64,000 nt of DNA, from assembly GCA_002269645.1 (NCBI GenBank), contig NIVC01000723.1, positions 1 to 64,000 on the forward strand, written 5' to 3'. The notes under the pieces are model-generated. The model searched no databases. It was not told the DNA's origin and saw nothing but the letters and a program-made list of their open reading frames with translations. Both the position numbers and the translations under genes were made by a program. Position 1 is the first letter of the stretch, and the number at the start of each line of letters is the position of its first letter. The DNA is from Macrostomum lignano (taxonomy: Eukaryota). This document shows, piece by piece, positions 24,075-37,010 of the stretch.

Positions 24075-25376
24075 TGAAGTACAGTTCTCGTTGTTGGTGG
24101 TCTCTTATTTTGTCTCGGGTGGCCTAGCCGTAGGTCTTGGAATCCCACCGCTGCCACCAATGAAGTACAGTTCTCGTTGTTGGTGGTCTCTTATTTTGTC
24201 TCGGGTGGCCTAGCCGTAGGTCTTGGAATCCCACCGCTGCCACCAGTGAAGTACAGGTGTCTTGCCTGTGGTTGTCTAGAGGCCTTCAATAGGAACGCTG
24301 CCCCGGTGAAGTACAGTTGCTTGAGCTCCTCTGGGAAGTCTCCGGGTTGATCTAGCGTTGGTAGTGCTGCCACCAGCTTCGCAGAGTCGCAGCCTTCGGT
24401 GAGGTGCTGAGCTCGTAGAAGCAAATAACTAAGACGAGAGAAAGAGACTCGCACTTCGTGCAGATTTAGCAGTTCTCGCGCAGAGGTGCCCACCGTCAGC
24501 AGTCCCTGCCGGGCTGGTGCGGGGTGAGAGCGAAAGTGCTAGCTTCGGGCGATCCGAGCTGGCCTGCTAATTGATAGCAGGAACAATCAGAGCCAGAGGC
24601 AGTCACGCGCAAAGTCGGGAGTCTTGGAGTTCAACTTAAGCGTCAACTTGGCACACAACTTAGAGTTCGCTAGAAACGAAACGGAAGGAACGCTAGGAAA
24701 GCTTGGAAAGCTAGGAACGCGAGGAACGGTAGGAACGCTGAAAACGCAGAAACGAGAGGCTGAAACGGAAGGGCCGGTTAACGGAAGGAAAGAAAGGCTT
24801 GTCTGAGCCAAGCCAGGAGAGGGGCTGCATTTATAGGGAGGATCGATTGCACCATAGCACGAAAGGCCCCCGCTGAGAGTCATAAGTGACTCTGTTGCTA
24901 ATTTTAGCAACAAACAAGCGGGCCCTGCCTCAGAGGAGGCAAGGGGGGGTCCGGGCGCACGTGATCTCCCCATAAACACGAGCCCAGCGTACAATGATGA
25001 AATCATTGCACTTTGGACTAAAGAAGGAAGAGGGCCTTGTCATGTGACTGACTCACATGACAAGGGGAAAAGGCCCACAAGTGAAGGCACTCGTGACCGT
25101 GGGACCGGAAAACAGGAAGGCACTCCAAATTTGGAGATGCCTGACAGAGAACGAAACAGAGGCAGGCCAGACCAAGCTGTCTGGGCACTGCAAAAAGGGA
25201 AAGCGAGACAAAAGGGGCAAACGAGGACAAACAGACAGACAGACAAACGGGCAGAGGACAGGCCAGGGACAGGCGGGAGGGACAGGCAACTGCCCAGCGG
25301 CAGACAGAAACCTGGGGAGAAGGCGAGGGCAACAGCTGACTAGTGCGGCGCCTAACTAAACTAGCGACTCACTACA
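24075..25376 (-). repeat. 5' LTR
   Basis: Direct repeat of 15609-16910, followed by the PBS. Confidence 0.95.
24829..24835 (-). promoter_or_regulatory. TATA box in LTR U3 (copy at 16363-16369)
   Basis: TATAAAT on the element strand; position fits U3. Confidence 0.55.
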
Positions 25377-26294
25377 AATGGCAGCTGAAAAATGAAAAAA
25401 TAGAACTAGAATTTAGCTCTATCGAATCACTTGCTATTGTGTTTTTCATATTATTATCAATCATTTTTTCTATTTGTGGTTATTTTGATTTTCTCCCAAT
25501 TTATTTTTTAACTCAATCTCTCTCTTTTAAGAGTTTTGTTGCTATAAGTAGTAATATAGTAGTGTTGTCTGTATTTTTCGATTTTCACGCTCAGATTGTC
25601 CAAAACGAAAGTTTGGATTCTCTTCCGGCTATGCCAACACCTGGTCTCTCCACAGAATTCAAATAAAATCACGCTTTTAGGCATCAATACGCTTGTTTGC
25701 CTACTAGTAATCGGGGGCTGTATGAGTAGGTCGGGCGCGTTTTATTTATTTATTTGGAATTATCTTTTAATTGAGAATTTTCGATCTGATAGAAAATGCA
25801 ATCACGAATTATTTAGTGTCGTTTTTATAATAATTTTACAATCGCTGAGCCCGATTCTGCAATCACTGCTCCCCTTACTCTCGAAATATAGATATATCGT
25901 ATTAGTTGAATCTAAATTTTACTACTTAAAAATAAATATTTGCATTATAGATAATTCACGTATAAAACATATTCGTCTGTCAATTCGCTGGATGTTGCCT
26001 TTTCCGATTAAGTCCATTCTTATTTTAATCGTGAGTTTGCTCATCCTTTATGTCACTTTAAAATGTTATTTTTACAAGAAAGCCAGTTGGAAAGGCTGGA
26101 TGATTTGATATACAGTTTTCATTTTATTTTAGACTTCAAGCATTCATCATCATAAGACTGCCAACCATATCCCACTATTGCTTCTACTTTCGTCTATGGT
26201 TAAAAAACCCTCTGGCACAGGCAGAGCATTGAATTTAAAGGCACAGAGCAGTTAAATTTAGGGAAGAAATTAATCCATAGGATTGGCGTTACAA

Positions 26295-26402
26295 AATCCC
26301 GAGTTTTGCCAATCCCGGGATTCTCGGGATCGGAATATCCCGGACTTCGAAAATCCCGGGATTCTCGGGATCGGAATATCCCGGACTTTGCCAATCCCGG
26401 AA
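26295..26402. repeat. ~50-bp tandem duplication rich in CCCGGGA motifs
   Basis: ATCCCGGGATTCTCGGGATCGGAATATCCCGGACTT x2; possibly the subterminal repeat of a DNA transposon. Confidence 0.6.
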
Positions 26403-27572
26403 TTAAAATAAGTTTCTAATCTTGGTGCAACTTTGGTTTACGAAGCTATCTAAACTGATTTTAAAGGGCTATCAATGATAAAAGTAAAACAGAACAAAAT
26501 ATTTTGCAAACAAGAAACTGACAGTCAGCTCAGAATTGGAGTATGATTTACGGGCTGGCGTATTAGACGTGCTTTTTTACATGCCAGTATCAGCTCAGGA
26601 AAATCACACGATTGTGATGTAACCTGGGGAATGATAGCTTAGAGCTATGGCCCGAGGCACTGATACCAGGTTAGAAGGGTATCAGACCTCCACCCTACCA
26701 GGGGCACCCGCCCTAGATGGAGAACTGGTAGCTTGGGTTGTGGTCCGGTAGCAAGGTCCCACTGTTCTAATCCCAACTACGGCCAAGGAGTTTTGAAGAT
26801 AGGGACTGCTTAAGGTACATGTAGTTCTGCCACCACCCCTATGCTGGGAATCTAAAAAGGTGTCCTACTAGCTGACAGTGCTAATAAGAATGAGGCATAG
26901 GGTTCTGCGCAAGTCGAGACTATGGCTTCTATTGCTTTAGGCGCTGTGCACAGGTTTTAGAATAATATAATTAAATTAGTCTGCGAGTACCATATGCACA
27001 CAGTTGCACGTACATTATTACACCTGAAATCTCCTACGATCTGCCCTGCAGCACTAGCCTTCTCACAAGCAGTATGCATGTTTAAAAGATTATTAAATCA
27101 AAATCAGGCCAACTGGGTTATGATTTTCACCTGATATTAGCTCAGATGCAGATACTACTACTCGACAATGAATGGTTGAATTATTGCAAACCGGGATCGG
27201 GTCGCAAGCGTTCACACTGCAATCAACTGACATATACTGAGAAGAATGACTTTGCTGGGGTTTAGAGGAGGGTGACGCAAGTTTTCCAATTTGTTGCGCG
27301 CGCAATACTGTGCGCACATAGCTATCTCCAGCTGAGCCCAAAATCGTACATATTTTCAGCACGTTTGAAAAAAAAACTTTTTTGTGCTTTGAATTCAATA
27401 CCAGTGTACAGTCTGTATCAGAGTACAAAGGCCAGCGCTCTTATTGATATAACTATCGCGAGCTAACAAAAAACCAAGCACCTACACTTTTCCGATCGTC
27501 CTTTTTCCTGTTATTTCGATTGTCAGGGTGCCGAAGGTCGTATAGAGCAGGATTTTCTTGCACTTTGTTTAC

Positions 27573-27928
27573 CAGGGGTTCCAGCGGCAACCAACAGGCG
27601 CTGTTTTTTCACGCTTTCACGCCCAAGGGCCAGATAAAGAACCTAGAGCATGACTGCGGTCCAGAGGAAGGAGGAGATGAGCTGAGGGAATAAAAAAGAA
27701 AGAAGGGAGAGGCGAGGGAATAAAGGAACAATGAGGAGACGAGAGGAGAGATGAATTAGGCTAGGAGAGTAGGAAAGAGAGAGGAGAGGAGAGAAGAGCG
27801 CTGAGAAGAGACAAACATCGAGCGGGTCGGATTGCTATTGTGCAGTTTCAAAGGACCGCGAGGGCCGGATGAAGAAGAGGCTTTGCGGGCCCCATTTGTG
27901 GCCTGCGGGCCAGTTTAGCCGACCCCTG
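27573..27928. mobile_element. hAT-like MITE, copy 1
   Basis: Termini CAGGGGTT...GCCGACCCCTG; interior homologous to 29373-29669. No TSD match. Confidence 0.6.
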
Positions 27929-29372
27929 GCTCATGTGATGGAAAATAATAAAATACTTAACAACCTGACTGGTGTGATGACCAATCAATTTTGAAGCGAC
28001 AGACTAGACGGAGAGTTGTTAAAATAGAGTGGTTTTGAGTTGAGTTTTGTGTGTTGCGCAACTTGAGGTGCTGTGTAAGAGGCAAACGACCAATGTACAG
28101 CGCTTTAGTTGATCAACTGGCCCTCGCGTTATTAACTTTTGTTGCTGAATTTGAAAATTTTATAACTTAGCTGAGATTTCAAGTGATCACAGAAAAATTT
28201 AGAAATTCTGTTTGGTCAAACGAATCGTGTTATTTGGTCTCTCATTTGATTGCAGTGTGAATGAGCCTTAAGAGGTCGATAAATAAGGAAGGGCAGAGAG
28301 GAAAGCATCGCACACAACCTCGCCAAAATAGAAGTTGTCGCGGAGCACAAATTTAGCTAAAAAAACTCCAAACAGACGCCCGGAAAGTAGCTTACAAGTA
28401 CTTAGGCAACATAAAGGGTCGAGTTGCTTGTGGTATCGTTGGTTCTCATTCTTATAGTCTCACTAAAGTAGAAATAACGAAGCTCAACTACAAAATAATG
28501 AATTATAACTTATCCTGACTGTCGTGAGAAAATTCTCACAGACTCTGGTGGATCATGGTTTGTGAAAAACGGTCAATTTATAATCTGCAAGTTAAGTATT
28601 GGCCCCTATAGTTTTGTAGAACCCCTCTGACTTGGCCACTTTTCTTGGACATTTTAAGGCCGTTGAAGATTCTAAAACTTACTCACAACATATCTGGACA
28701 GGTCCCACTTTAATCTTGTTATTGGACTGTGCGTTATGGAGAAATTATTCTTATCAAGAAAAAGCTCATATATTAGAAATAAGAAAATCGGCCTAATGCT
28801 GTAATGTCGTGCAGACTCCAGATTCTGCTTGCAGTAAGCGAAACTCCTTATACTATACTCAAAGCCCTTCCTTTATTGCTTTTGGTCTCTCTAGGCTATT
28901 TGGACTGGACCTCAATCCATCACGTGGGGTAATGGGTGACTGGGCTGTGTGACTCACTCCGCTATAAGCGTGTGACAGCCCGTGTGTGTCCATGCGCCGC
29001 ACGGGACTGGATGAAGTGCTCGCCAATGGGACCGCAGCTTCACGCGAGAGGCTCGGTCCCGAAGGCAGCGAGAACGAATGGGCTGGCAGTGTGGATCTGG
29101 TAGCCTACAAGAGGGTCGAAAGTTCGCTTCTGCCTGCAGCTATCGAGGAACTATTAAACAATCCCCAGTCTGGAAGAAATTCGTGGCCAATTTTGTTAGG
29201 AAAAAAAAACAAATTTTGCGCGCATCATGAATTGCTGCTTGGATCTTCATCAACTGCTTGTACTGCTTACCATTGCTGCTTTGGTGAAGTCGTCTAGGTG
29301 AGTCTTGATGCTGAAATTAGCTTACAAATCCATACGGCAGATGATCGAGCTTCGCAGGTAGAGCCTCGAGAT

Positions 29373-29669
29373 CAGGGGTTGGCAAACGTTTTTTACCTCA
29401 AGGGCGAGATAGAGAATCTAGAGAATGACTGCGGGCCAGAGGGGAGAGGAGAGGGAATAAATGAGAGAGAAGAGAGATCAGCGAAAGGAGAGGCGAGAGA
29501 ATAATAGAGAAGAGAAAAGAGGAGAGGATTACAGGAGGAGGGTGATTACATGGAGAGAAGAGCGCTAAGAAGAGATACAAACATTGAGCGGGCTGGATTG
29601 CTATTGTGAAGGCCGGATAGTCTTTTCGGGCTTCATGTGGGCCACAGGCCGTAGTTAGCCGACCCCCTG
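29373..29669. mobile_element. hAT (Charlie-like) MITE, copy 2
   Basis: CAGGGGTTGGCAAAC...GTTAGCCGACCCCCTG. Flanking 8-mers CTCGAGAT and CCCTAGAT agree at 6/8 and resemble the NTCTAGAN target preference. Confidence 0.7.
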
Positions 29670-30255
29670 CCCTAGATTGAGCTGAGACTTGAGTTGAAAA
29701 TCGATACGAGAGTGCTAAGGGTGGAACAGGGAGCATGTTCCGTAAGTGCAAGATATACAGCTCGATTCCTTTGCCCGGTCACATTCATTTGAGGCTTGTG
29801 CGCGACGAATTGGCCAGGGGATTGTCATGCGATTCACAGCCATTAGGGCCAACCCCACCAAGGCACAGAGGGTGTACATGCCTGACGATTAGAAAGTCAG
29901 GGCCGCTGTACACCCTGTGTGAGCGAGTGTGTGTGAGTTCTGGTTTCAGCAGCCGACAACTGTACGGCCATCATACGGCAATCTATTTACAATAAGACGG
30001 GCAGACATTCATTTGCGATGACCAGCCATGTTTGACCGGAGTCTGGAGGGGTCACAGATGACGGAACAACTGCATCACTTTTTTCGAGCCTTCTTCCCCA
30101 CGAATTCAGCTGTTGACGCGAGGGGCCGGCCGGGACTGCTGACGAAATGCCCGGCGACGCTTGAATATTTATGTCCGCTGACCGGTGACTCACCGCGGTG
30201 CCGTTCGCTCGAGTGGCCAGGGTGGAAAAAGAAAATGCCAGTTTCTTAGCTGCGG

Positions 30256-31480
30256 CTTCTACTCCCCTCTCCCTACTCCCCTCTCCCTACTCCCCTCTCC
30301 CTACTCCCCTCTCCCTACTCCCTCTCCCTACTCCCTCTCCCTACTCCCCTCTTCCTACTCCCCTCTCCCTACTCCCTCTCCCTACTCCCTCTCCCTACTC
30401 CCCTCTCCCTACTCCCCTCTCCCTACTCCCCTCTCCCTACTCCCCTCTCCCTACTCCCTACTCCCCTCTCCCTACTCCCCTCTCCCTACTCCCCTCTCCC
30501 TACTCCCCTCTCTCTACTCCTATCTCCCTACTCCCTCTCCCTACTCCCTCTCCCTACTCCCTCTCCCTACTCCCCTCTCCCTACTCCCCTCTCCCTACTC
30601 CCCTCTCCCTACTCCCCTCTCCCTACTCCCCTCTCCCTACTCCCCTCTCTCTACTCCTATCTCCCTACTCCCTCTCCCTACTCCCCTCTCCCTACTCCCC
30701 TCTCCCTACTCCCCTCTCCCTACTCCCTCTCCCTACTCCCTTTCCCTACTCCCTCTCCCTACTCCCTCTCCCTACTCCCTCTCCATACTCCCCTCTCCCT
30801 ACTCCCCTCTCCCTACTCCCTCTCCCTACTCCTCTCTCCCTACTCCTCTCTCCCTACTCCCTCTCCCTACTCCTCTCTCCCTACTCCCTCTCCCTACTCC
30901 CTCTCCCTACTCCTCTCTCCCTACTCCCCTCTCCCTACTCCCCTCTCCCTACTCCCTCTCCCTACTCCCTCTCCCTACTCCCCTCTCCCTACTCCCCTCT
31001 CCCTACTCCCCTCTCCCTACTCCCCTCTCTCTACTCCTATCTCCCTACTCCCTCTCCCTACTCCCTCTCCCTACTCCCTCTCCCTACTCCCTCTCCCTAC
31101 TCCCCTCTCCCTACTCCCCTCTCCCTACTCCCTCTCCCTACTCCCTCTCCCTACTCCTCTCTCCCTACTCCTCTCTCCCTACTCCTCTCTCCCTACTCCC
31201 TCTCCCTACTCCCTCTCCCTACTCCTCTCTCCCTACTCCCTCTCCCTACTCCCTCTCCCTACTCCCTCTCCCTACTCCTCTCTCCCTACTCCCTCTCCCT
31301 ACTCCCTCTCCCTACTCCCCTCTCCCTACTCCCCTCTCCCTACTCCCCTCTCTCTACTCCTATCTCCCTACTCCCTCTCCCTACTCCCTCTCCCTACTCC
31401 CTCTCCCTACTCCCTCTCCCTACTCCCTCTCCCTACTCCTCTCTCCCTACTCCCTCTCCCTACTCCCTCTCCTTACTGCC
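30256..31480. repeat. (CTCCCCTCTCCCTA)n 13-14 bp minisatellite
   Basis: Direct reading; the - strand is G-run rich. Confidence 0.95.
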
Positions 31481-31814
31481 CTCTCCGTTTTCCAAGTTTT
31501 CTCTCTCCGAAACCTCAGTCAATGCTATGATCGATCAGACGTTCCTCTTTCATGCTTTTCAAGCCAAAAGCAAGCAGACTGGAAATTTTTGTTGAGAGCA
31601 TTAAAATAACTGGAGTTATTATTTTGCCGCAGATAATTGGCCTCTGTCTACCATAAAACCGTAGGGCCCGTTCGAGAGCATAAATTGTGCTTGTAAACTA
31701 CTGGTTGAATCTCCTGCTGTACCTGCGGCTACCCTTTATTGCTGGTCATTCGTATGCCCTCGCAACCCGGTGTGCAATTAGGGGAAGCTCAATTTATTAC
31801 AGTTCTAGCTGTGA

Positions 31815-32405
<591 letters not shown>

Positions 32406-32461
32406 ATGTCACTCTACTTTAATGTCACTCTTGTACAATATCAATCACTGGCACACTGCAG

Positions 32462-35264
32462 AGAAGCCTCAACCGAGTCGCTGAAGGAGAGCATCAAGAT
32501 GCTCTACATGAACATGGATGTCCCGGAGGTCAGTCCAACAGACGCATCCGGGTCTCTCAACGTTTCCATTGAGATTGGCGAAGTAGCCCGGCTGGGAAAT
32601 AATGTAAGTGGCTCTGGGAGGTGTGGTGAACTCTTGTGTTTTTGTGTTTCCTGGCGCTGACTGCTGACTGCTCAAAGCCCTGTTGAAACCAACCGCTCAG
32701 GAGATTGACGTATCGTTCACCTTGGACCTGCGCTGGAGTCATCGCTTCCTGGAAATGATGTCCGACTCGCTGGAGGCCATCCCACTGAATAGGGACAAAC
32801 TGTGGACTCCGAGGTTCGTGTTCCTGAACGCCCGGTCGCTCCGAGAAGAGCAAAACACCTTGTACATGACGCTGGCCGGGGGCCTCACTGCCAAGGCAAT
32901 TGTGTACAGAGTCTGGTGAGTCGCTTGCTATCTGTCTACTCGTAATTGCTTCACCGAAATTCAAGCTAAAATGTGTTGTAAAAGCAAAAATTGCACTATT
33001 TTTTTCCAAGGCACCGAGCCACCGTCCGGTGCGATGGTCCGGCCTTGCAGTACCCACTATCTGACACTCTGTGCAGCATCGTGTTCGAAGAAGGTGACTT
33101 GAATGTACATTTTAGGAGAGAGAAAATATTGGCCTAGACCTTAAGTTGAATGTACATTTCGTGGGGGGTGGGAGAATCCAGGCCTAGACCTCAAGTTGAA
33201 TGTACATTTCGTGGGGGGGGAGAATCCAGGCCTAGACCTAAAGTTGAATGTACATTTCGTGGGGGGGGGGAGGGGAGAATCCAGGCCTAGACCTCAAGTT
33301 GAATGTACCTTTCGTGGAGGGGAAGAATCCAGGCCTAGACCTCAAGTTGAATGTACATTTCGTGGGGAGAGAATCCAGGCCTAGACCTCAAGTTGAATGT
33401 ACATTTCGTGGGATTGAAGAGAAAATCCAGGCCTAGACCTCAAGTTGAATGTACATTTCCTGGGGGGAGAGAAAATCCTGGCCTAGACATCAAGTTGAAT
33501 GTACATTTGCTGGGGGAGAAAATCCACGCCTAGACCTGAAGTTGAACGTTTTAACTTAAAGAGAATTCAAGCCTAAATCTATAAAAAGTAGCTGAGGAGA
33601 GCAGAGGAAATTTAAGCTCACCTGCGAATAACGCAAAGTTCAACTTCTAACCTACTCCAGCGAGTCCTCGCGGCCAAAGGTCAGTGCACATGTCACTGGG
33701 TCAGCATCATCAGCACAACTGCAGCTTCAAGGAGTCAGCTGGGAGGCATGCAATTGTCTATCGGCTGTCGAAGCCAATTAGTAGCGATGGTGAGCGTCCT
33801 TTCCGTAAGCCCAAACTTTTTTTCATCGTCAGCTATCTCAATGCCACTCCCCACCTCAACAAGGTCGCAAGTTCGAATTCTGGACCCGAATTTGCATTAA
33901 GTCGAGCCTGGACGACATGAGCGACGCCCTGCGCCAGTACTGCCTGTCGCTCATTTTGTTGCTTCACTCCTTCGCCACTTTGTACTTCTTTGATCGAAGC
34001 ACTCGGCTGCTCATCAACCTGGCCCTGCTGCACATCCTTCTGCTCAACTGGCAGCCAACTGCTCGCAGTCGAATTAGCGCGCTGGACATCTGGATGGCCA
34101 AGTGCACCCTGGCGATATTTTGCTGTCTCACCGTTGCCATGGCGACAACAAACGAACCGGCAAACGGCGAAGGCGGCTTCGGCGACGCCGGAACCCGACG
34201 GAAGCGTCGGCAGCAGCAGAGAGACGAGCAGCTGTCCGGCAGGCAGTCAGCCAAGGGCAGCAGCGGCAGCTGCAGCGGGGTGAGCCAGGCTGGCAGCCTG
34301 TCTTTACAGTAGTGCAGAATGTCTGTCTGTGGGACTAAGAAGCTATCAAAGTCAGCACAACCAATCTGTGCAAGTCACTCCTAAACAAGGGGTCACTCTA
34401 GTACAATGTCACTCTAGTAAAATGTCATTCTAGTACAATGTCACTCTAGTACAATGTCACTCTAGTACAATGTCACTCTAGTACAATGTCACTCTAGTAC
34501 AATGTCACTCTAGTAGTACAATGTCACTCTAGTGCAATGTCACTCTAGTAGTACAATGTCACTCTAGTACAATGTCACTCTAGTACAATGTCACTCTAGT
34601 ACAATGTCACTCTAGTACAATGTCACTCTAGTACAATGTCACTCTAGTACAATGTCACTCTAGTACAATGTCACTCTAGTACAATGTCACTCTAGTACAA
34701 TGTCACTCTAGTACAATGTCACTCTAGTAGTACAATGTCACTCTAGTGCAATGTCACTCTAGTAGTACAATGTCACTCTAGTACAATGTCACTCTAGTAC
34801 AATGCCACTCTAGTACAATGTCACTCTAGTACAATGTCACTCTAGTCACTCTAGTACAATTTCAATCTAGTACATGAGTTCACCCCAAACAGTACAACAA
34901 ATCCTGATCCTCTGCATCAAACGCTCAATTCCAGACCTTTCTGATGCCGCGCGATCCTCAAACTTCGTCATGCGGACTTCGCAACTCAAAGTGCACCACC
35001 ATATCGGAGTGCAGCGACCACTTGGATCTGTTCCCGGCCGACGAAATTGTTCACCATCATCACCATCACTCGCCGCCTGCTCAGCCGACCGGATCGTCGC
35101 AGAACGGCGGTCGCGGCTCGGCCTGGCAGACCGCGGCAAAGTCCACCGTGCCTGCCTGCTGGCTGATCTTGGCCGCCGCGTTCTGGGCCTGCCTGCTGCT
35201 GACTGCGGCCAGGTGCGACTCCCTGCTGCCCGAGTGCCACCAGAGAGACCGGCTGACTGGCTGA
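32462..35264 (+). CDS. divergent Cys-loop (pentameric) ligand-gated ion channel subunit; N-terminal exons unresolved
   Basis: Exons ~32462-32603, 32701-32915, 33011-33093, 33661-33789, 33864-34279 and 34935-35264, GT-AG with matching phases. Motifs: LDLRW, LWTPRFVFLN, Cys-loop CDGPALQYPLSDTLC (CX13C), M1-M3 with ALDIWM, M4 ACWLILAAAFWACLLL. Possible upstream exon at ~30111-30184. Confidence 0.85.
33098..33545. repeat. ~55-60 bp minisatellite in the channel-gene intron
   Basis: GAATCCAGGCCTAGACCTCAAGTTGAATGTACATTTCGTGGGG x~8. Confidence 0.9.
34392..34860. repeat. 16-bp minisatellite (TAGTACAATGTCACTC)n
   Basis: Direct reading. Confidence 0.95.
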
Positions 35265-35394
35265 CATGCCAGCGACTGACATCAAATATACTTACTCACA
35301 CAGTGTCTGATCTGTTGTCATGCGTTGCTGAATTTGTTTTACTCGATTTGATCATTTTATTTTCTAGTTGTCTCGATCCTATGCGGCTTTTATG

Positions 35395-35800
35395 CAGACT
35401 GTCACTCTTTCTAGCACTCTTACTAGCACTATTCACAGGGCACATGTACTCTTTGAGGTGTCTATTTCTAGCACTCTTGCTGTCACTCTTGCTGTCACTC
35501 TTATTGTCACTATTATTGTCACTATTATTGTCACTCTTACCGTCACTCTTGCTGTCACTCTTGCTGTCACTCTTACCGTCACTCTTACCATCACTCTTAC
35601 CGTCAATCTTACCGTCACTCTTGCTGTCACTCTTATCGTCACTTTTATTGTCACTCTTCTGTCACCCTTTACGGTCAGTCACTCTTATTGTCACTCTATT
35701 GTTCTCATTCAGGTCTGTCACTCTCCCTTCCACTCTTTCTAGCACTTCTATCTTTCAATAATTGTCACCCACTGTTGTTATTTATTACTCACTGTCACTC
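35395..35800. repeat. degenerate 12-bp (TGTCACTCTT..)n array
   Basis: Direct reading. Confidence 0.8.
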
Positions 35801-36314
35801 TATCCATCTAGATGGCACCCCTCCGACTGTCACTATCATTTTTGCACTTAATACTCGCCGCCACTCAGCTTCAATTATCACATTGTCAAACGCATTCACA
35901 AACTGCGCAAAATTAGAAAACAGCTCCTCCCACCCCAAATTTGCATAAACACAGAACGCGAACTGGATGGGAAAGTCAGCAGGGTGGGGGCAGTGCTGCT
36001 TCTCTTAGTTTAGCAATCCGGTCACGGATCTGCCCGACATCTGCAATTCACGCCACCGATCAAATGCACTTTAAAAGCCCCAGCTCCACACGGGGCTGCG
36101 CCACTTAAACCGAGATTCTTCCGTGTGCAGGTGATCGTAAAAAACGATTTTTTTTGGGGCGGGGGCACCGGGGTTCTTGGCAATAAAATTTCTGCCGACT
36201 GCAGAGCAAACAGTTTTGCGAATTCACAAAAATGGGCTTTGCTAGCCGGGATTCAAGTGTGGGGTGCGTCTGCCCATGCAATCTGCTGACTGCACTGCCG
36301 CCTGTGCCCCTCCC

Positions 36315-37010
36315 ACTCTGACTCTCACTCCCACTCTCACTCCCACTCTCACTCACTCTCACTCCCACTCTCACTCCCACTCCCACTCTGAACTTCACTC
36401 CCACTCTCACTCTCTCTCTCACTCACTCTCACTCCCACTTTCACTCCCACTCTCACTCCCACTCTCACTCCCACTCTCTCTCTCTCTCTCTCTCACTCAC
36501 TCTCACTCCCACTCGCACTCCCACTCTCACTCCCACTCTCACTCCCACTCTCACTCCCACTCTCACTCCCACTCTCACTCCCACTCTCACTCCCACTCTC
36601 TCTCTCTCTCACTCACTCTCACTCCCACTCTCACTCTCACTCTCACTCTCACTCCCACTCTCTCTCTCTCACTCACTCTCACTCCCACTCTCACTCCCAC
36701 TCTCAATCCCACTCTCACTCCCACTCTCACTCCCACTCTCACTCCCACTCTCACTCTCACTCTCTCTCTCTCACTCACTCTCACTCCCACTCTCACTCTC
36801 ACTTCCACTCTCACTCTCACTCCCACTCTCACTCCCACTCTCAATCTCCCTCTCACTCTCACTCCCACTCTCTCACTCTCACTCCCACTCTCTCACTCTC
36901 ACTTTCAATCTCATTCTCACTCTCACTCTCTCACTCTCACTTTCAATCTCACTCTCACTCTCATTTTCAATCTCACTCTCACTCTCACTCAGTCAATCTC
37001 ACTTTATTAT
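36315..37010. repeat. (CACTCT/CACTCC)n hexamer microsatellite
   Basis: Direct reading. Confidence 0.9.

Larger units (their letters stand above)
15609..25376 (-). mobile_element. full-length Ty3/gypsy LTR retrotransposon, very recent insertion, integrase core deleted
   Basis: LTRs TGTAGT...CTTCA at 24075-25376 and 15609-16910 (both 1302 bp, offset 8466, ORF translations identical). 4-bp TSD AATG at 15605-15608 and 25377-25380. PBS, PPT, and gag-PR-RT-RH-IN order. Confidence 0.97.

Noticed and set aside
24052-24246. tRNA-Leu-like sequence as a tRNA gene
   Set aside because: Only 20-22 nt of the 3' end including encoded CCA; these are primer binding sites, not a cloverleaf.
28986-29297. 103-aa ORF as the first exon of the channel gene
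   Set aside because: No signal peptide and no splice-phase link; function unsupported.
30185-31609. 474-aa and 465-aa Pro/Ser/Leu ORFs
   Set aside because: Translations of a stop-free minisatellite located between candidate exons.
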